A stretch of 63,764 nt of DNA, the filler included, from Chiloscyllium plagiosum (lineage: Eukaryota), in the NCBI RefSeq assembly GCF_004010195.1. It is 6 parts of one record of this genome, joined end to end, with 100 filler letters (N's around TTAATTAATTAA, not from the genome) between each part and the next. Parts side by side here need not be neighbours in the genome. Positions count along the whole stretch, not along the records: positions 31,408 to 41,551 come from NC_057716.1; positions 41,652 to 51,146 come from NC_057716.1; 4 more parts are not named here. One strand, written 5' to 3'. The translations under genes were made by a program, and so were the position numbers. The notes under the pieces are model-generated. The model saw only the letters and a program-made list of their open reading frames with translations. It was not told the DNA's origin and ran no database searches. The stretch's first letter is position 1. Each line of letters opens with the position of its first letter. Positions 35,164 through 47,647 of the stretch are shown here, piece by piece.

Positions 35164-36329
35164 TGATGTGAGCACCCCTCACTGAGCTCTGACAGCTGGA
35201 AATATCCACCCCATTACAGATCACAACCCTCCCCTTCCCCATCACCCCTCATTGAGGGCATGTTCCTCTCACAGCTCCTCCACAGGAACAGCAGAAGGCC
35301 ATTCAGCCCATCTACTGCGCATGTACAAGGTTTCTTTCTCTCAGATGTGATCTTAAACATTTTGTATCCTTGGCTATCTGGAGACATCCCTGTCCTTTGA
35401 ACCATGCTGAATCCAGCCCTCCTGAATTATTGGGAGGATGTTGAGGAGAGGGTGTGATGGAGACTGATCCAGGGACAAGGGGCCTGACCGAGTGTGGCCA
35501 GAGACACTGGGATTGTTCACAGAGAGGGTTACGTGGGAGATTTAATAAATGATGTTCTCCAAATTATTATTAAGTGCAATAAATTATGAAAGATTTTGAC
35601 AGAGAAAATGAGAAGAAGCTGTTTCCTGTGGCACAACCTCTCTGTAACCAGGGACAAGAAAAAACGAGGGAGAGGACCTGAGGGGGAGATGGGCAGATGA
35701 GGAGACTGTTTTATTTGACACAGCAAGTTACTGTGATCTGGAACATTCCATTTGAAACAACATTGGAAGCAAATGCAACAGGAACTCTCAAAGGAGAATT
35801 GGAGAGGGATTTGAAAAAGTAATATTGACGGGGAGAGTGGGGAGTGTGGGACAGAGAGCATGGATCTCCCAAAGAGGCTGTTAAAGGGCTGGAACCCTCT
35901 CGTTCAGAGCTTCAGCCGGGGCAGCTTGTTCCCACTGAAACACACTATCTGAGCACAGAGCTCAGCACCTTCAGCACACTCCCTCATCTCTGCAATCCAC
36001 TGGCATGGTGACCCTGACCACGCCAGGACCGGGCCAATGGGGAGAGAGAGTGGAAATCCGGAGATCCGTGTGCTGTGCCAGTAACCACACAGAATGAAAT
36101 ATCGCTCTCACAACAAACTCACCAGGGTCAAGCTCATCAGGATTCACATGGACCATTATTCAGAGAACAATCAGTTTCTGAAACACTCACGACAAACTCC
36201 AAGGAACAACAAACAGTAAACACAATGAGCAAATCACAGAATGATGACAGTGTGGGAGGCTAGACTGACCTACTGTGCCCTGTACTAGCTCTCAGAACAT
36301 GTTAACTCAGTGGCAATCTCCTGCCTTCC

Positions 36330-36692
36330 CCAATACCCCTGCACTTGGGTTGTATCCAAATGCCCTTCCAATTCCCTCTTCGATGCCGCAGTGAACAGCC
36401 AAGGTCTTTTCCCTGAGCTGGGGCAATCCAGAACAAGACGGCATAGGTTTAGGGTGAGAGGAGCAAGATTTTAAAAAGATGTAACAGCAAGGTGGTGGTG
36501 TGAGTCTGGAATGAACTTTCAGAGGGAGAGGTGGATGCGGGTAGAATTACAAGACATTCGGATAAGTAGGTTAATAGGAAAGGTTCAGAGGGATATGGGC
36601 CAGGAGCAGGCAGGTGGGTCTAGTTTAGTTTGGGAACATAGTCGGCGTGGACTGGGTGGGCCGAAGGGCCTGTTTCCGTGCTGTATGACTCT
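36330..36692 (+). mobile_element. CR1 3' UTR fragment
   Basis: gggcataggtttagggtgagagg...gggccgaagggcctgtttccgtgctgtatgactct tail. Confidence 0.7.
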
Positions 36693-37019
36693 GAGTGTGT
36701 GAGACTGAGGGAGTGAGGGAATGTGAGAGAGAGTGGGGGAGTGTCAGAAAGTGAGAGAGTGTACAGGGATGACAGAGAGCAAGGCAGTGTGAAGGAGTGT
36801 GAGGGGGTGTGAGCAAGTGAGGGAGAGTGAGGTGGGAGTGAGGGAGGGTCCGATTAGACCTGCCCAGTGCACTGTGATTTATTGACAGTTTTCTCCAGGG
36901 GGAATCCCAGCAGGAGTGGGATGGGAGGGGAGGGGAGGGACACAGCTCATGGCTCCACGCAACACTGACCAACCCAGAGAAACCCATACATAGAAATAGA
37001 AAGCAGGAATTATCTGTGT

Positions 37020-37101
37020 GGTAGTGTGGCCGAGTGGTGTAAGGCGCTGCATTTAGGCTCCAGTCTCTATGGAGGGGTGGGTTTGGATCCCACCGCTGCC
37101 A
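37020..37101 (+). tRNA. tRNA-Leu(TAG)-derived gene, probably a pseudogene
   Basis: 82 nt GGTAGTGTGGCCGAGTGGTGTAAGGCG...CCCACCGCTGCCA, colinear with vertebrate tRNA-Leu; anticodon TAG at 37054-37056; long variable arm; anticodon stem has a mismatch (CTGCA/TCCAG) and the B box is altered (GGTTTGGATCC). Confidence 0.85.
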
Positions 37102-37157
37102 TTTGTGCAATTTGCACTGCAGTGAGCAGGAAGTTTCAGCCTTGCTTCACCTGAGGC

Positions 37158-37196
37158 CCACTGAAGATGTTACCTAATAGGTGACGAAACGTCTGG
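37158..37196 (+). ncRNA. Minimal type-I hammerhead ribozyme motif (Penelope-associated)
   Basis: CCA-CTGAAGA-T-GTTACCT(AAT)AGGTGAC-GAAAC-GTC-TGG: complete core, 7-bp stem II, 3-bp stem I, loopless stem III. Confidence 0.7.
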
Positions 37197-37891
37197 AAAT
37201 GAACCTTCCAGCTCAGCGAGCTAACCTACATCCAAAACTAGACAGAGGATTTCCACATGGAGACAGATGTGCTGGGGTGGGTGTGAGGCTGAGGTGTTGC
37301 CTCAGGATGTTCCCAGGACGTGGTGACAGAGAAGGGGACTCTGTCACTAGGCAGCTTAACATTAATAAGGGAGAAGGGATTAGATAGATTGCTGATACTT
37401 AACCTTCACAAGACTCTGGTCCCAGATGAGATGTGACTGAGGGTTTAGAAGGAAGCAAGGAGGAAATTGTGAATCATTGGCCATAATCTGTCAGTCTTCC
37501 CTGGACTCAGGCGGAGGTGCCAGGAGACAGGTGAATGCAAATATTACAGCCTTGTATAAGGAAGGTTGTGTGGGTAATCCCAGCAATTACAGAGCAGTCA
37601 GTTTAATGTTAGTGGTGATGAAGAATCTAGATTAGTGGTACTGGAAAAGCACAGCAGGTCAGGCAGCATCCGAGGAGCAGGAAAATCGACCTTTCGGGCA
37701 AAAGCCCTTCATCAGCTTTGATCCAATGGCAGAAAATGCTGGAGAAACTTAGCAGGCCCAGCCATGCCAGTGGAGTGAAAACAGAGTTAATGTTGCAGAT
37801 ATTGGTCACCGTAGCTTCATAGATGTTGTCAGACCTGCTGAGCTTGTCCAGCACTGTCAGTGTTTGTTTAGATATCTAGTATCCACAGTTC

Positions 37892-38201
37892 ACAGAATCC
37901 CCACAGCATGGGAGCAGGCTATTCAGCCCATCAAATCCAGACCTACCCTCTAAAGAGCATCCCATTCAGCTCCCCATCCTATCTGTGCATTTCCCATTGC
38001 TGACCCACCCATTCCTGGACACTATGGGTAATTTCTTAAGGCCAATCCACCCTGACCTGCGCATCTTTTGGACTGTGGGAGGAAACCAGCACAGGCACAG
38101 GGAGAACGTGCAAATTCCACACAGACAGTCGCCTGAGCTGGAATCGAACCCGGGTCCCTGGTACTGTGAAGCAGCAGTGCTAACCACTGAGCCACTGTGC
38201 C
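37892..38201 (-). mobile_element. HE1/V-SINE copy
   Basis: Reverse complement of the same SINE. Confidence 0.8.
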
Positions 38202-38504
38202 ATCCTTCTTGGCTTATTCCAAAATCAATTATTCAGGACAGAATAACCAATTCAATGGAGAAAGAAGGGTCAGCACGGATTTCTAACGGGGAGATTGGGT
38301 TGATCGAATGTGCGGGAGGTTTTTGAGGAGGTAATGGAAAGGCTGGTTGAGGGTAACACGGTCGATGTGGTGAAGGTGGAATCCCAGCAGCTGCCTGAGA
38401 CAGGGCCATACAACAGACACGTGAGGAACGTGATAGGACTTGATAAAAGGGACAACAGCAACATGGATACAAGCCTGGCTGGGTGACAGAGAACAGTTTT
38501 TTTC

Positions 38505-39270
38505 TAACGTACTCATGAGATGTGGGGGTCATTGTCTGGGCCCAGCATGCATTCCCCGTCCCTAGTTGCCCCTTGAGAAGGTGGGGGTGAGCTGCCTTCT
38601 TGAACCGCTGCAGTCCATGTGCTGTGGGTAGACCCACAATGCCCTTAGGGAGGGAATTCCAGGATTCTGACCCAGTGACACTGAAGGAACAACGATATAT
38701 TTCCAAGTCAGGATGGCGAGGGGCTGGGAGGGGAACTTGCAGGGGGTGGTGTTCCCATGTATCTGCTGCCCTTGTCCTTCTCGATGGAAGTGGTTGTGGG
38801 TTTGGAAGGTGCTGTCTGAGGGTCTTTGGTGTTTATGTAGCAAGTCCAGTTGGGTTTCTGGACAATGCTAACCCCCAGAATGCGGGGAATTGTGGGGGAT
38901 TCAGTGATGGTAACACCATTGAACATCAAGGGGAAGTGGTTAGATAATCTGTTACAGAGTCATTGAGTTAGACAGCACAAACCAGGCCCCTAGGTTCAAT
39001 TTGTTCATGCCGATCAGATATCCTAAATTGATCTACTCTCATTTGCCAGCTCATATTCTCCAAACTCTTCCTATTCATATACCCATCCAGATGCCTTTTA
39101 ATGTTGTAATTGTACCAGCCTCCACCACATCCTCTGGCATACCTGGGCAATTTTCCACATTGTCGGGTAAATGCCAGTGTTGTAACTGGACTGGAACAGC
39201 TTGGCTCGGGGAGAGGCAAGTTCTGGAGCACAAGTCTTCAGGAGTATTGCTGGAGTGTTGTCAGGGCCCG
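38505..39270 (-). mobile_element. LINE fragments (second family) plus a CR1 tail
   Basis: ~290 bp almost identical to 29570-29862; also GPDNTPAILLKTCAPELASPRAKLFQ. Confidence 0.75.
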
Positions 39271-39864
39271 TAATGTTTGAAGTTTCCAATATCTGATTTG
39301 GATTGCTGGATATTGAAGTTGGACCCTTCCCATTACAAACTTGTAGATTACGTACCTCTGTGACAGGAGCCAGCAGTGCACTGGGAAAATAGGAAGCATT
39401 TTGTATTCCCTTGCAGGCTTCCCGTCTCAAGCCCCACAGGAAATACCTCACCACAAAAAGAGGGAATTAAAATGCCATCTCACACTGCAGCTGTACAGAA
39501 ATAACCTAATGGCAATCTACGTGCTGAGGCCAGGGGCTAGACCTTCTGCCAACTTGTTTGGCAGTGCTGTATTAATCAATATTTGCCTCAACACTAACAC
39601 ACCTTACATTCTAATATGAACACTTGAAATTGTATCACCTCGATCTGATCCTGTTGATGCAACTTTGAGAATGTATACCAGTCCCAGCATTACATGAAAA
39701 AGCTTTCTGTTTCTTTTTTTTGCTCTCTTAAAATTTAAAACAAATGGAAAATTCAAAACACTTTATGAAATTCCTGCATTAATCTGTCATCTGTTTGTGC
39801 TTCTTAAAATCCTAAAATAAAATTTATGGGAGGAAAAAGCTCAGCAGTTTGGCAGCATCTGTGC

Positions 39865-39900
<36 letters not shown>

Positions 39901-40504
39901 TGAGGGAGAGAGAGTGAGAAAGAGAGTAAGAGTGAGAGAGTGAGAGAGAGAGAGTGAGAGAGACAGAAAGAGAGATAGAGTGGTAACGTTTCAGAACTGA
40001 AAGAGCGTAATACTGGATTCAAGATCTAGGTGTTTATGTGCACAGATCAATGAGCCCCCACAAATTCCCCCACCCTCCAGCTGAAGAAATCCCTCCCCAT
40101 CTCAGTTCGAAAGGGTTGTCCCTTCACCCTGAGGCTGTGCCCTTGGGTCCAAGTCTCTCCTACCAGTGAAAACACCTTCTCCGTGTCCAGTCTATCCAGA
40201 CCTCTCAGTATTGTTGTTATTTTTCTGGTATGAACTATACGCCCCATTTCTCATCCTGGGCTTCTCCTCACCCAGGGAATGCGAGCAGCGGAAACTCTGT
40301 CTTTACCCTTAATGCTGAGGACTCACAGCTTTCAGAATGATCTACATGTGGATCATCTCAGCGGAGGGGGGGGGGATAAATCCCAATTTCCCAATTACCA
40401 ACAGGTTTACGATAAACTTCTTCTCTGCTGTTATCAAACTAATGAATGGATCTCTCATCTCTAGCTGCTTTAAGGAGACCACCATCACCTCGATGCCAAA
40501 GAAA

Positions 40505-41160
40505 CATTAGACAGCCTGCCTCAATGACCGCCACCATTACAAACTGTTACTGATGCAACAGATCCGCTGCAGATACCATCTCCCTGGCCTTACACTCATC
40601 CCAGTAACATCCGGATCACAAGGATACCTACGTCTGACTCCCATTTACTGATAACAGCCCCATCTTCAACACCATAATCCCGACCAAACCCATCTCCAAA
40701 CTCCAAGACCCAGGACTCTGCTCCCCCCTCTGTAGCTGGATCGACTTCCTGACCCATAGACAGCAATCAGTAAGGAACAGGCCCCAACCCCTCCTCCACA
40801 GTCATCCCCAACAGCGGTGCCCCTCGAGGCTGGGTACTCAGCCCCTCACTATACTCCCTGTACACTCAGGACTGTGTGGCCAAATACAGCCCCAACGCCA
40901 TTTACAAGTTTCTGATGACATCACTGTAGAGAGTCAGACCCCAAACCACGCTGAGACAGAGCCCAGGAAAGAGACTGAACCCTGAGAGCAGGGTGTGAAG
41001 GGAACAAGCTCTCCCTCAACATCAGCAAAATGAAGGAGCTGCTCATTACCTTCAGGAAGCAGAGTGGAGGGCACACCCCTGTCTGTATGAGTGAGGCTGA
41101 GGGGGAGATGGGCGACAGCATCAAGTTACTGGGAGGGACGCTCACCCACAATCTGTCCTG
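40505..41160 (+). mobile_element. Rex1/Babar-type LINE RT fragment (decayed)
   Basis: Degenerate ADTISLALHSS...FNTIIPTK...GAPRGWVLSPSLYSLYTQDC...IYKFSDD...SLNISKMKELLITFRK...THNLSW. Confidence 0.75.
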
Positions 41161-41551
41161 GGAGTGATGGTCACCCACAATCTGTCCTGGGAGTGATGGT
41201 CACCCACAATCTGTCCTGGGAGTGATGGTCACCCACAATCTGTCCTGGGAGTGATGGTCACCCACAATCTGTCCTGGGAGTGATGGTCACCCACAATCTG
41301 TCCTGGGAGTGATGGTCACCCACAATCTGTCCTGGGAGTGATGGTCACCCACAATCTGTCCTGGGAGTGATGGTCACCCACAATCTGTCCTGGGAGTGAT
41401 GGTCACCCACAATCTGTCCTGGGAGTGATGGTCACCCACAATCTGTCCTGGGAGTGATGGTCACCCACAATCTGTCCTGGGAGTGATGGTCACCCACAAT
41501 CTGTCCTGGGAGTGATGGTCACCCACAATCTGTCCTGGGAGTGACGGTCAC
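41132..41551. repeat. 29-bp near-perfect minisatellite GGAGTGATGGTCACCCACAATCTGTCCTG, ~14 copies
   Basis: Direct inspection; runs to the end of the contig. Confidence 0.97.
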
Positions 41552-41651
41552 NNNNNNNNNNNNNNNNNNNNNNNNNNNNNNNNNNNNNNNNNNNNTTAAT
41601 TAATTAANNNNNNNNNNNNNNNNNNNNNNNNNNNNNNNNNNNNNNNNNNNN

Positions 41652-42340
41652 CCTGTCCCCACCAGTACTGTACCCCAGTGTTATACAGCGACAGACCTGT
41701 CCCCACCAGTACTGTACCCCAGTGTTATACAGTGACAGACCTGTCCCCACCAGTACTGTACCCCAGTGTTACACAGTGACAGACCTGTCCCCACCAGTAC
41801 TGTACCCCAGTGTTATACAGGGACAGACCTGTCCAAACCAGTACAGTACCCCAGTGTTATACAGGGACAGACCTGTCCCCACCAGTACTGTACCCCGGTG
41901 TAATACAGTGACAGACCTGTCCCGACCAGTACTGTTCCCCAGTGTTATACAGTGACAGACATGCCCCCATCAGTACTGTACCCCAGTGTTATACAGTGAT
42001 AGACATGTCCATGCCAGTACAGTACCACAGTGTTATAAAGTGACTGACCCGTCCCCACCAGTACTGTACCCCAGTGTTATACACTAACAGACCTGTCCCC
42101 ACCAGTACTGTACCCCAGTGTTATTCAGGGACAGACTGGTCCCACATAACTACAGTACCACAGTGTTATACAGTGACAGACCTGACTCCACCAGTACTGT
42201 ACCCCAGTGTTATACAGGGACAGTCCTGTCCCCACCAGTACTGTAATCCAGCGTTATACAGGGACAGACCTGTCCAAACCAGTACAGCACCCCAGTGTTA
42301 TACAGGGACCGACCTGTCCCCACCAGTACTGTACCCCGGT
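41652..42340. repeat. 44-bp minisatellite CCTGTCCCCACCAGTACTGTACCCCAGTGTTATACAGTGACAGA, ~15-16 copies
   Basis: Direct inspection; bounded by gaps. Confidence 0.96.
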
Positions 42341-43079
42341 NNNNNNNNNNNNNNNNNNNNNNNNNNNNNNNNNNNNNNNNNNNNNNNNNNNNNNNNNNNN
42401 NNNNNNNNNNNNNNNNNNNNNNNNNNNNNNNNNNNNNNNNNNNNNNNNNNNNNNNNNNNNNNNNNNNNNNNNNNNNNNNNNNNNNNNNNNNNNNNNNNNN
42501 NNNNNNNNNNNNNNNNNNNNNNNNNNNNNNNNNNNNNNNNNNNNNNNNNNNNNNNNNNNNNNNNNNNNNNNNNNNNNNNNNNNNNNNNNNNNNNNNNNNN
42601 NNNNNNNNNNNNNNNNNNNNNNNNNNNNNNNNNNNNNNNNNNNNNNNNNNNNNNNNNNNNNNNNNNNNNNNNNNNNNNNNNNNNNNNNNNNNNNNNNNNN
42701 NNNNNNNNNNNNNNNNNNNNNNNNNNNNNNNNNNNNNNNNNNNNNNNNNNNNNNNNNNNNNNNNNNNNNNNNNNNNNNNNNNNNNNNNNNNNNNNNNNNN
42801 NNNNNNNNNNNNNNNNNNNNNNNNNNNNNNNNNNNNNNNNTCTCTCTCTCTGTCTCTCTCTCTCTGTCTCTCTCTCTCTCTCTGTCTCTCTCTCTGTCTC
42901 TCTCTCTCTCCTCTTTCTCCTCTCTCTCTGTTTGAAACTTTCTCCTGACGTGTCACCTCCTTGCTCCTCCTCCCGAACGTCACTTCTGAGCCTGCGATCC
43001 TGCTCCAGGCAGATCCTAGGGAAAGCTCCCAATCGCAGAGAGAGAGGATCCCCCGGAAAGACGGAGAGGTCCCAGTCAC

Positions 43080-44155
43080 CCGAGATAGAGATCTCAGAGA
43101 GAGATCAAAGCCTCAGGGAGATAGAGATCCCAGAGAGAGATAATCCAGTTCTGGGGAGAGCGATCTCAGAGACAGATTCCAGCCTCAAAGATATATAGAT
43201 TGCAGAGAGAGATCCCAGAGAGAGATCACGGAGAGAGATCGCAGAGAGAGATCCCAGAGAGAGATCGCAGAGAGATCGCAGAGAGAGATCCCAGTGAGAG
43301 ATCCCAGAGAGAGATCGCAGAGAGGGATCCCAGAGAGAGATCGCAGAGAGGGATCCCAGAGAGAGATCCTAGAGAGAGATCGCAGAGAGATCCCAGAGAG
43401 AGATCGCAGAGAGATCCCAGAGAGAGATCCCAGACAGAGATCGCGGAGACAGATCCCAGTGAGAGATCGCAGAGAGAGATCGCAGAGAGAGATCGCAGAG
43501 AGATCGCAGAGAGAGATCCCAGAGAGAGATCGCGCAGAGAGATCCCAGAGTTCCCAGAGAGAGATCCCAGAGAGAGATCCCAGAGAGAGATCGCAGAGAG
43601 AGATCGCGGAGAGAGATCCCAGAGAGAGATCGCGGAGAGAGATCCCAGAGAGAGATCGCAGAGAGAGATCGCGGAGAGAGATCCCAGAGAGAGATCCCAG
43701 AGAGAGATCCCAGAGAGAGATCACAGAGAGAGATCACGGAGAGAGATCCTAGAAGGAGATCCCAGAGAGAAATCGCAGAGAGAGATCCCAGAGAGAGATC
43801 CCAGAGAGAAATCCCAGAGAGTGATCCCAGAGAGAGATCCCAGAGAGAGATCCCAGAGAGAGATTGCAGAGAGAGATCGTGGAGAGAGATCCCAGAGAGA
43901 GATCGCAGAGAGAGATCCCAGAGAGAGATCGCAGAGAGAGATCCCAGAGAGGGATCCTAAGGGAGATCGCAGAGAGAGATCCCAGAGAGAGATCCCAGAG
44001 AGAGATCGCAGAGAGAGATCCCAGAGAGAGATCCCGGAGAGAGATCGCGGAGAGAGATCCCAGAGAGAGGTCCCAGAGAGAGATCGCAGAGAGAGATCGC
44101 AGAGAGAGATCCCAGAGAGAGAGATCCAGAGAGAGATCGCAGAGAGAGATCACAG
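43080..44155. repeat. GA-rich ~13-bp satellite (GATC[C/G]CAGAGAGA)n
   Basis: Direct inspection; preceded by (TC)n at 42841-42930. Confidence 0.95.
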
Positions 44156-47100
44156 GCATAGAGTCATACAGTCATACAGCATGGAAACAGACCCTTCGGT
44201 CCAACCAGTCCATGCTGAACATAATCCCAAACTAAACTCGCCCCACCTGCCTGCTCCTGGCCCATGTCTCTCCAAACCCTTTCCTATTCCTGTCCTTATC
44301 CAAATGTCCTTTAAATGTTGTAACTGTACCCACACCCACCACTTTCTCAGGACATTCATTCCCCATGCGAACCACCCTCTGTAAAAAAAAATTCCTCTTG
44401 TATCTTCTTTTGAATCTCTCTCCTCCCACCTTAAAATGTGCCCCTAATCTTGAAATCCCCCAGCCTAGGGAAAAGACAACTACCATTAACTCCATCTATA
44501 AGCCTCATTATTTTATAAAACCCTCAGCCTCCTACACTCCAGTGAAAAATGTCGCAGCCTTGCTTTATAACTCAAACACTCCCATTCCTGACAACATCCT
44601 GGGAAATCTCCTCCGAACTCTCTCCAATTTAATAATATTCTTCCTGTAACCGGTGACCACAACTTGGGCACAGTATCCCACAAGAGGCCTCACCAATGTC
44701 CTGTACAACCTCAACGTGACTTCCCAATCCCTATACACAAGGGACTGAGCAATAAAGGCAAACATGTCAATGCCTTTTTACCCACCCTGTCTACACGTGA
44801 GGCAAACATCAAAGAATTATGTCCCTGCACCCCTAAGTCCCTCTGTTCTACAGCACTACCCAAGGCTCTACCATTAATTGGATAAGCCCACAGTTGTTTG
44901 TTATACCAAACTACAATACATCACACTTATCCATGACGCATTTTCTCAGGATCCCTTTGTAATCTTAGAAACCCTCCCTCACTGTCTACAGTGCCACTAA
45001 CCATGTCTTCTATAATCTCATCCAAACCATTTATAAAAGTCACAAAGAGGCCCCAGAACCGATCCCTGTGGATGCAGGTGGTTATTGTGGATGCAAATAT
45101 TTCTGCAAGGGGTCTCATAATTTCCTCTCTTACATCCCTCAATGTTCTGGGATACATTAGATCAGGTTCTGGAGATTTATCCACCTTTATATTTTCTAAG
45201 ACTATCGGGACTCCCTCTTCTGTCAAGTGAACTGTTTTTAAATCATCAATATCTATTTCTCTGCATTCTCTAGCCTCCATTTCTTTATCCACAGTAAAAA
45301 CTGATGCAAAATATTGATTTAGTATCTCTCCCATCTCCTGGTGTTCAACACAAAGACAACCTCCATGATCTTTAAGAGGTCCTACCCTCTGTCAAGTTAC
45401 CTCTTTCTCAATGTATTTATAGAAATTCTTTGGGTTATCCTTAACCTTATCTGCCAGTGTTATCTCATATCCCCTCTTTGCCTTCCTAATTTCTCTCTTT
45501 AGAATGCCCCTACACTCTTGATACAGTTGAAGACATTCAACTGAACCAAGTTGTCTAAATCTAAAATAAGACTCTCTTTTAATCTGGACTAGAGCCTCAA
45601 TATCTTTATTCATCAAAGAAGAACAAAGAGCACAAAAAATTTACAGCCCAGGAACAGACCCTTCAGCCCTTCAAGCCTGAGCCAATCCAAATCCACTGTC
45701 TCAAACTGTCACCCAATCCCTAAGCATCTGTATCCCTCTGCTCCCCACCTACTTATTCATCTGTCCAGATGCACTTAAATTAATCTACTGTAGCTGCCTC
45801 TACTACCTCTGTTGGCAATGCGTTCCAAATGCCCACCACCCTCTGAGTAAAGCATTTTCCTCGTGTATCCCCCTTAAACTTTTCTCCTCTCTGACCTCTC
45901 GTTATTGAATCCTTCACCCTGGGAAAAAGCTTGTCTCTATCCACCCTGTCTATACTCTTCATGATTTTGTAAACCTCAATCAGGTNNNNNNNNNNNNNNN
46001 NNNNNNNNNNNNNNNNNNNNNNNNNNNNNNNNNNNNNNNNNNNNNNNNNNNNNNNNNNNNNNNNNNNNNNNNNNNNNNNNNNNNNNNNNNNNNNNNNNNN
46101 NNNNNNNNNNNNNNNNNNNNNNNNNNNNNNNNNNNNNNNNNNNNNNNNNNNNNNNNNNNNNNNNNNNNNNNNNNNNNNNNNNNNNNNNNNNNNNNNNNNN
46201 NNNNNNNNNNNNNNNNNNNNNNNNNNNNNNNNNNNNNNNNNNNNNNNNNNNNNNNNNNNNNNNNNNNNNNNNNNNNNNNNNNNNNNNNNNNNNNNNNNNN
46301 NNNNNNNNNNNNNNNNNNNNNNNNNNNNNNNNNNNNNNNNNNNNNNNNNNNNNNNNNNNNNNNNNNNNNNNNNNNNNNNNNNNNNNNNNNNNNNNNNNNN
46401 NNNNNNNNNNNNNNNNNNNNNNNNNNNNNNNNNNNNNNNNNNNNNNNNNNNNNNNNNNNNNNNNNNNNNNNNNNNNNNNNNNNNNNNNNNNNNNNNNNNN
46501 NNNNNNNNNNNNNNNNNNNNNNNNNNNNNNNNNNNNNNNNNNNNNNNNNNNNNNNNNNNNNNNNNNNNNNNNNNNNNNNNNNCACCTTTCTCCATTTCGA
46601 GAAACTCCCTTCAACTACTACTCTCTGTCTCCTGTTGCTCAACCAGTTCTTTATCCACCTGCTAGAACACCCTGCACATCATGTGACTTCACTTTCTCCA
46701 TCAGCCTACCATGGGGAACCTTATCAAACGCCTTACTAAAGTCCATGTATATGACATCTACAGCCTTTCCTTCATCTATCAACTTGGTCACTTCCTCAAA
46801 GAATTTACTCATCAATTGTTCCTTAATCTTACCAGCCCCACCCTTCACTCTAAGAGAAACAAAATACCTCTGAATTCTCACCATCGCACTCTCGAATGCC
46901 TCCCACTCGTCAGACGTCCTTTTACCTGCGAACAGTCTACTCCAATCAACGTTTGAAAGTTCTTGTCTTATATCATTAAAATTTACTTTATATCAATTAA
47001 AACTTTAACTTTAATGGAAGGTTTACCCTTTTCCATAACCATTTTGAATAGAATCATGATTGCTACACCCAAAGTGTTTCCCCACTTTTACTTCAGTCAC

Positions 47101-47560
47101 CTGCCCTGCCTTATTGCCCAAAAGAAGGTCTGAATTTACGCCTTCTCTATTAGGAGCATCCACATATTGATAAAGGAAATTTTCTTGGACACATTTGGCA
47201 AATTCTTCAACATCCAAACCTTTAACACTATGGTAGCCCCAGTCAATGTTTGGAAAATTCAAGTCCCCCTTTATTACAAACTTATTCTGCCTACGTATAT
47301 CTGAGATCTCTCTACACATTTGTTTCATGATTTCCTACTTGCTGTTGAGGGGCCTATAGTACAATCCCATCAAAGACATCTTTCCTTTCTATTTTGTAAT
47401 TTCTGCCCCATATTTTCACTGGACGGTTTTAGTGACAACAATAACGCATTCCTTAATCAAAAACTTCCATGACCCCACCCCCACCCCCACACCCCCCACT
47501 TTGTTGCCTCCTTTCCTCTCCTTCCTATAGCAACTAAAACCCAGGACATTGAGCTGCCAG
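44155..47560 (-). mobile_element. Stack of nested, deleted CR1 LINE pieces
   Basis: LYRTLVRP, LNQYFASVFT, DFSKAFDKVPH and GDLNFPNIDW motifs in several frames; N gap at 45986-46582. Confidence 0.85.
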
Positions 47561-47647
47561 TCTCGTCCATCATTTTTTTCTTTATTTATTCACGGGATGA
47601 GGGTGGAATCACTGGATAGGCCAGTATTTATTACCCAACCCTAATTG

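Noticed and set aside
39417..39620. Possible + strand terminal exon after ttcccttgcag, with AATAAA near 39816
   Set aside because: No recognisable peptide in any frame and no upstream partner exon found.
43200..44384. 394-aa Arg/Glu-rich ORF resembling an RS/RE splicing-factor domain
   Set aside because: It is the translation of a GA-rich 13-bp satellite, open in several frames on both strands, and it runs into a CR1 tail.
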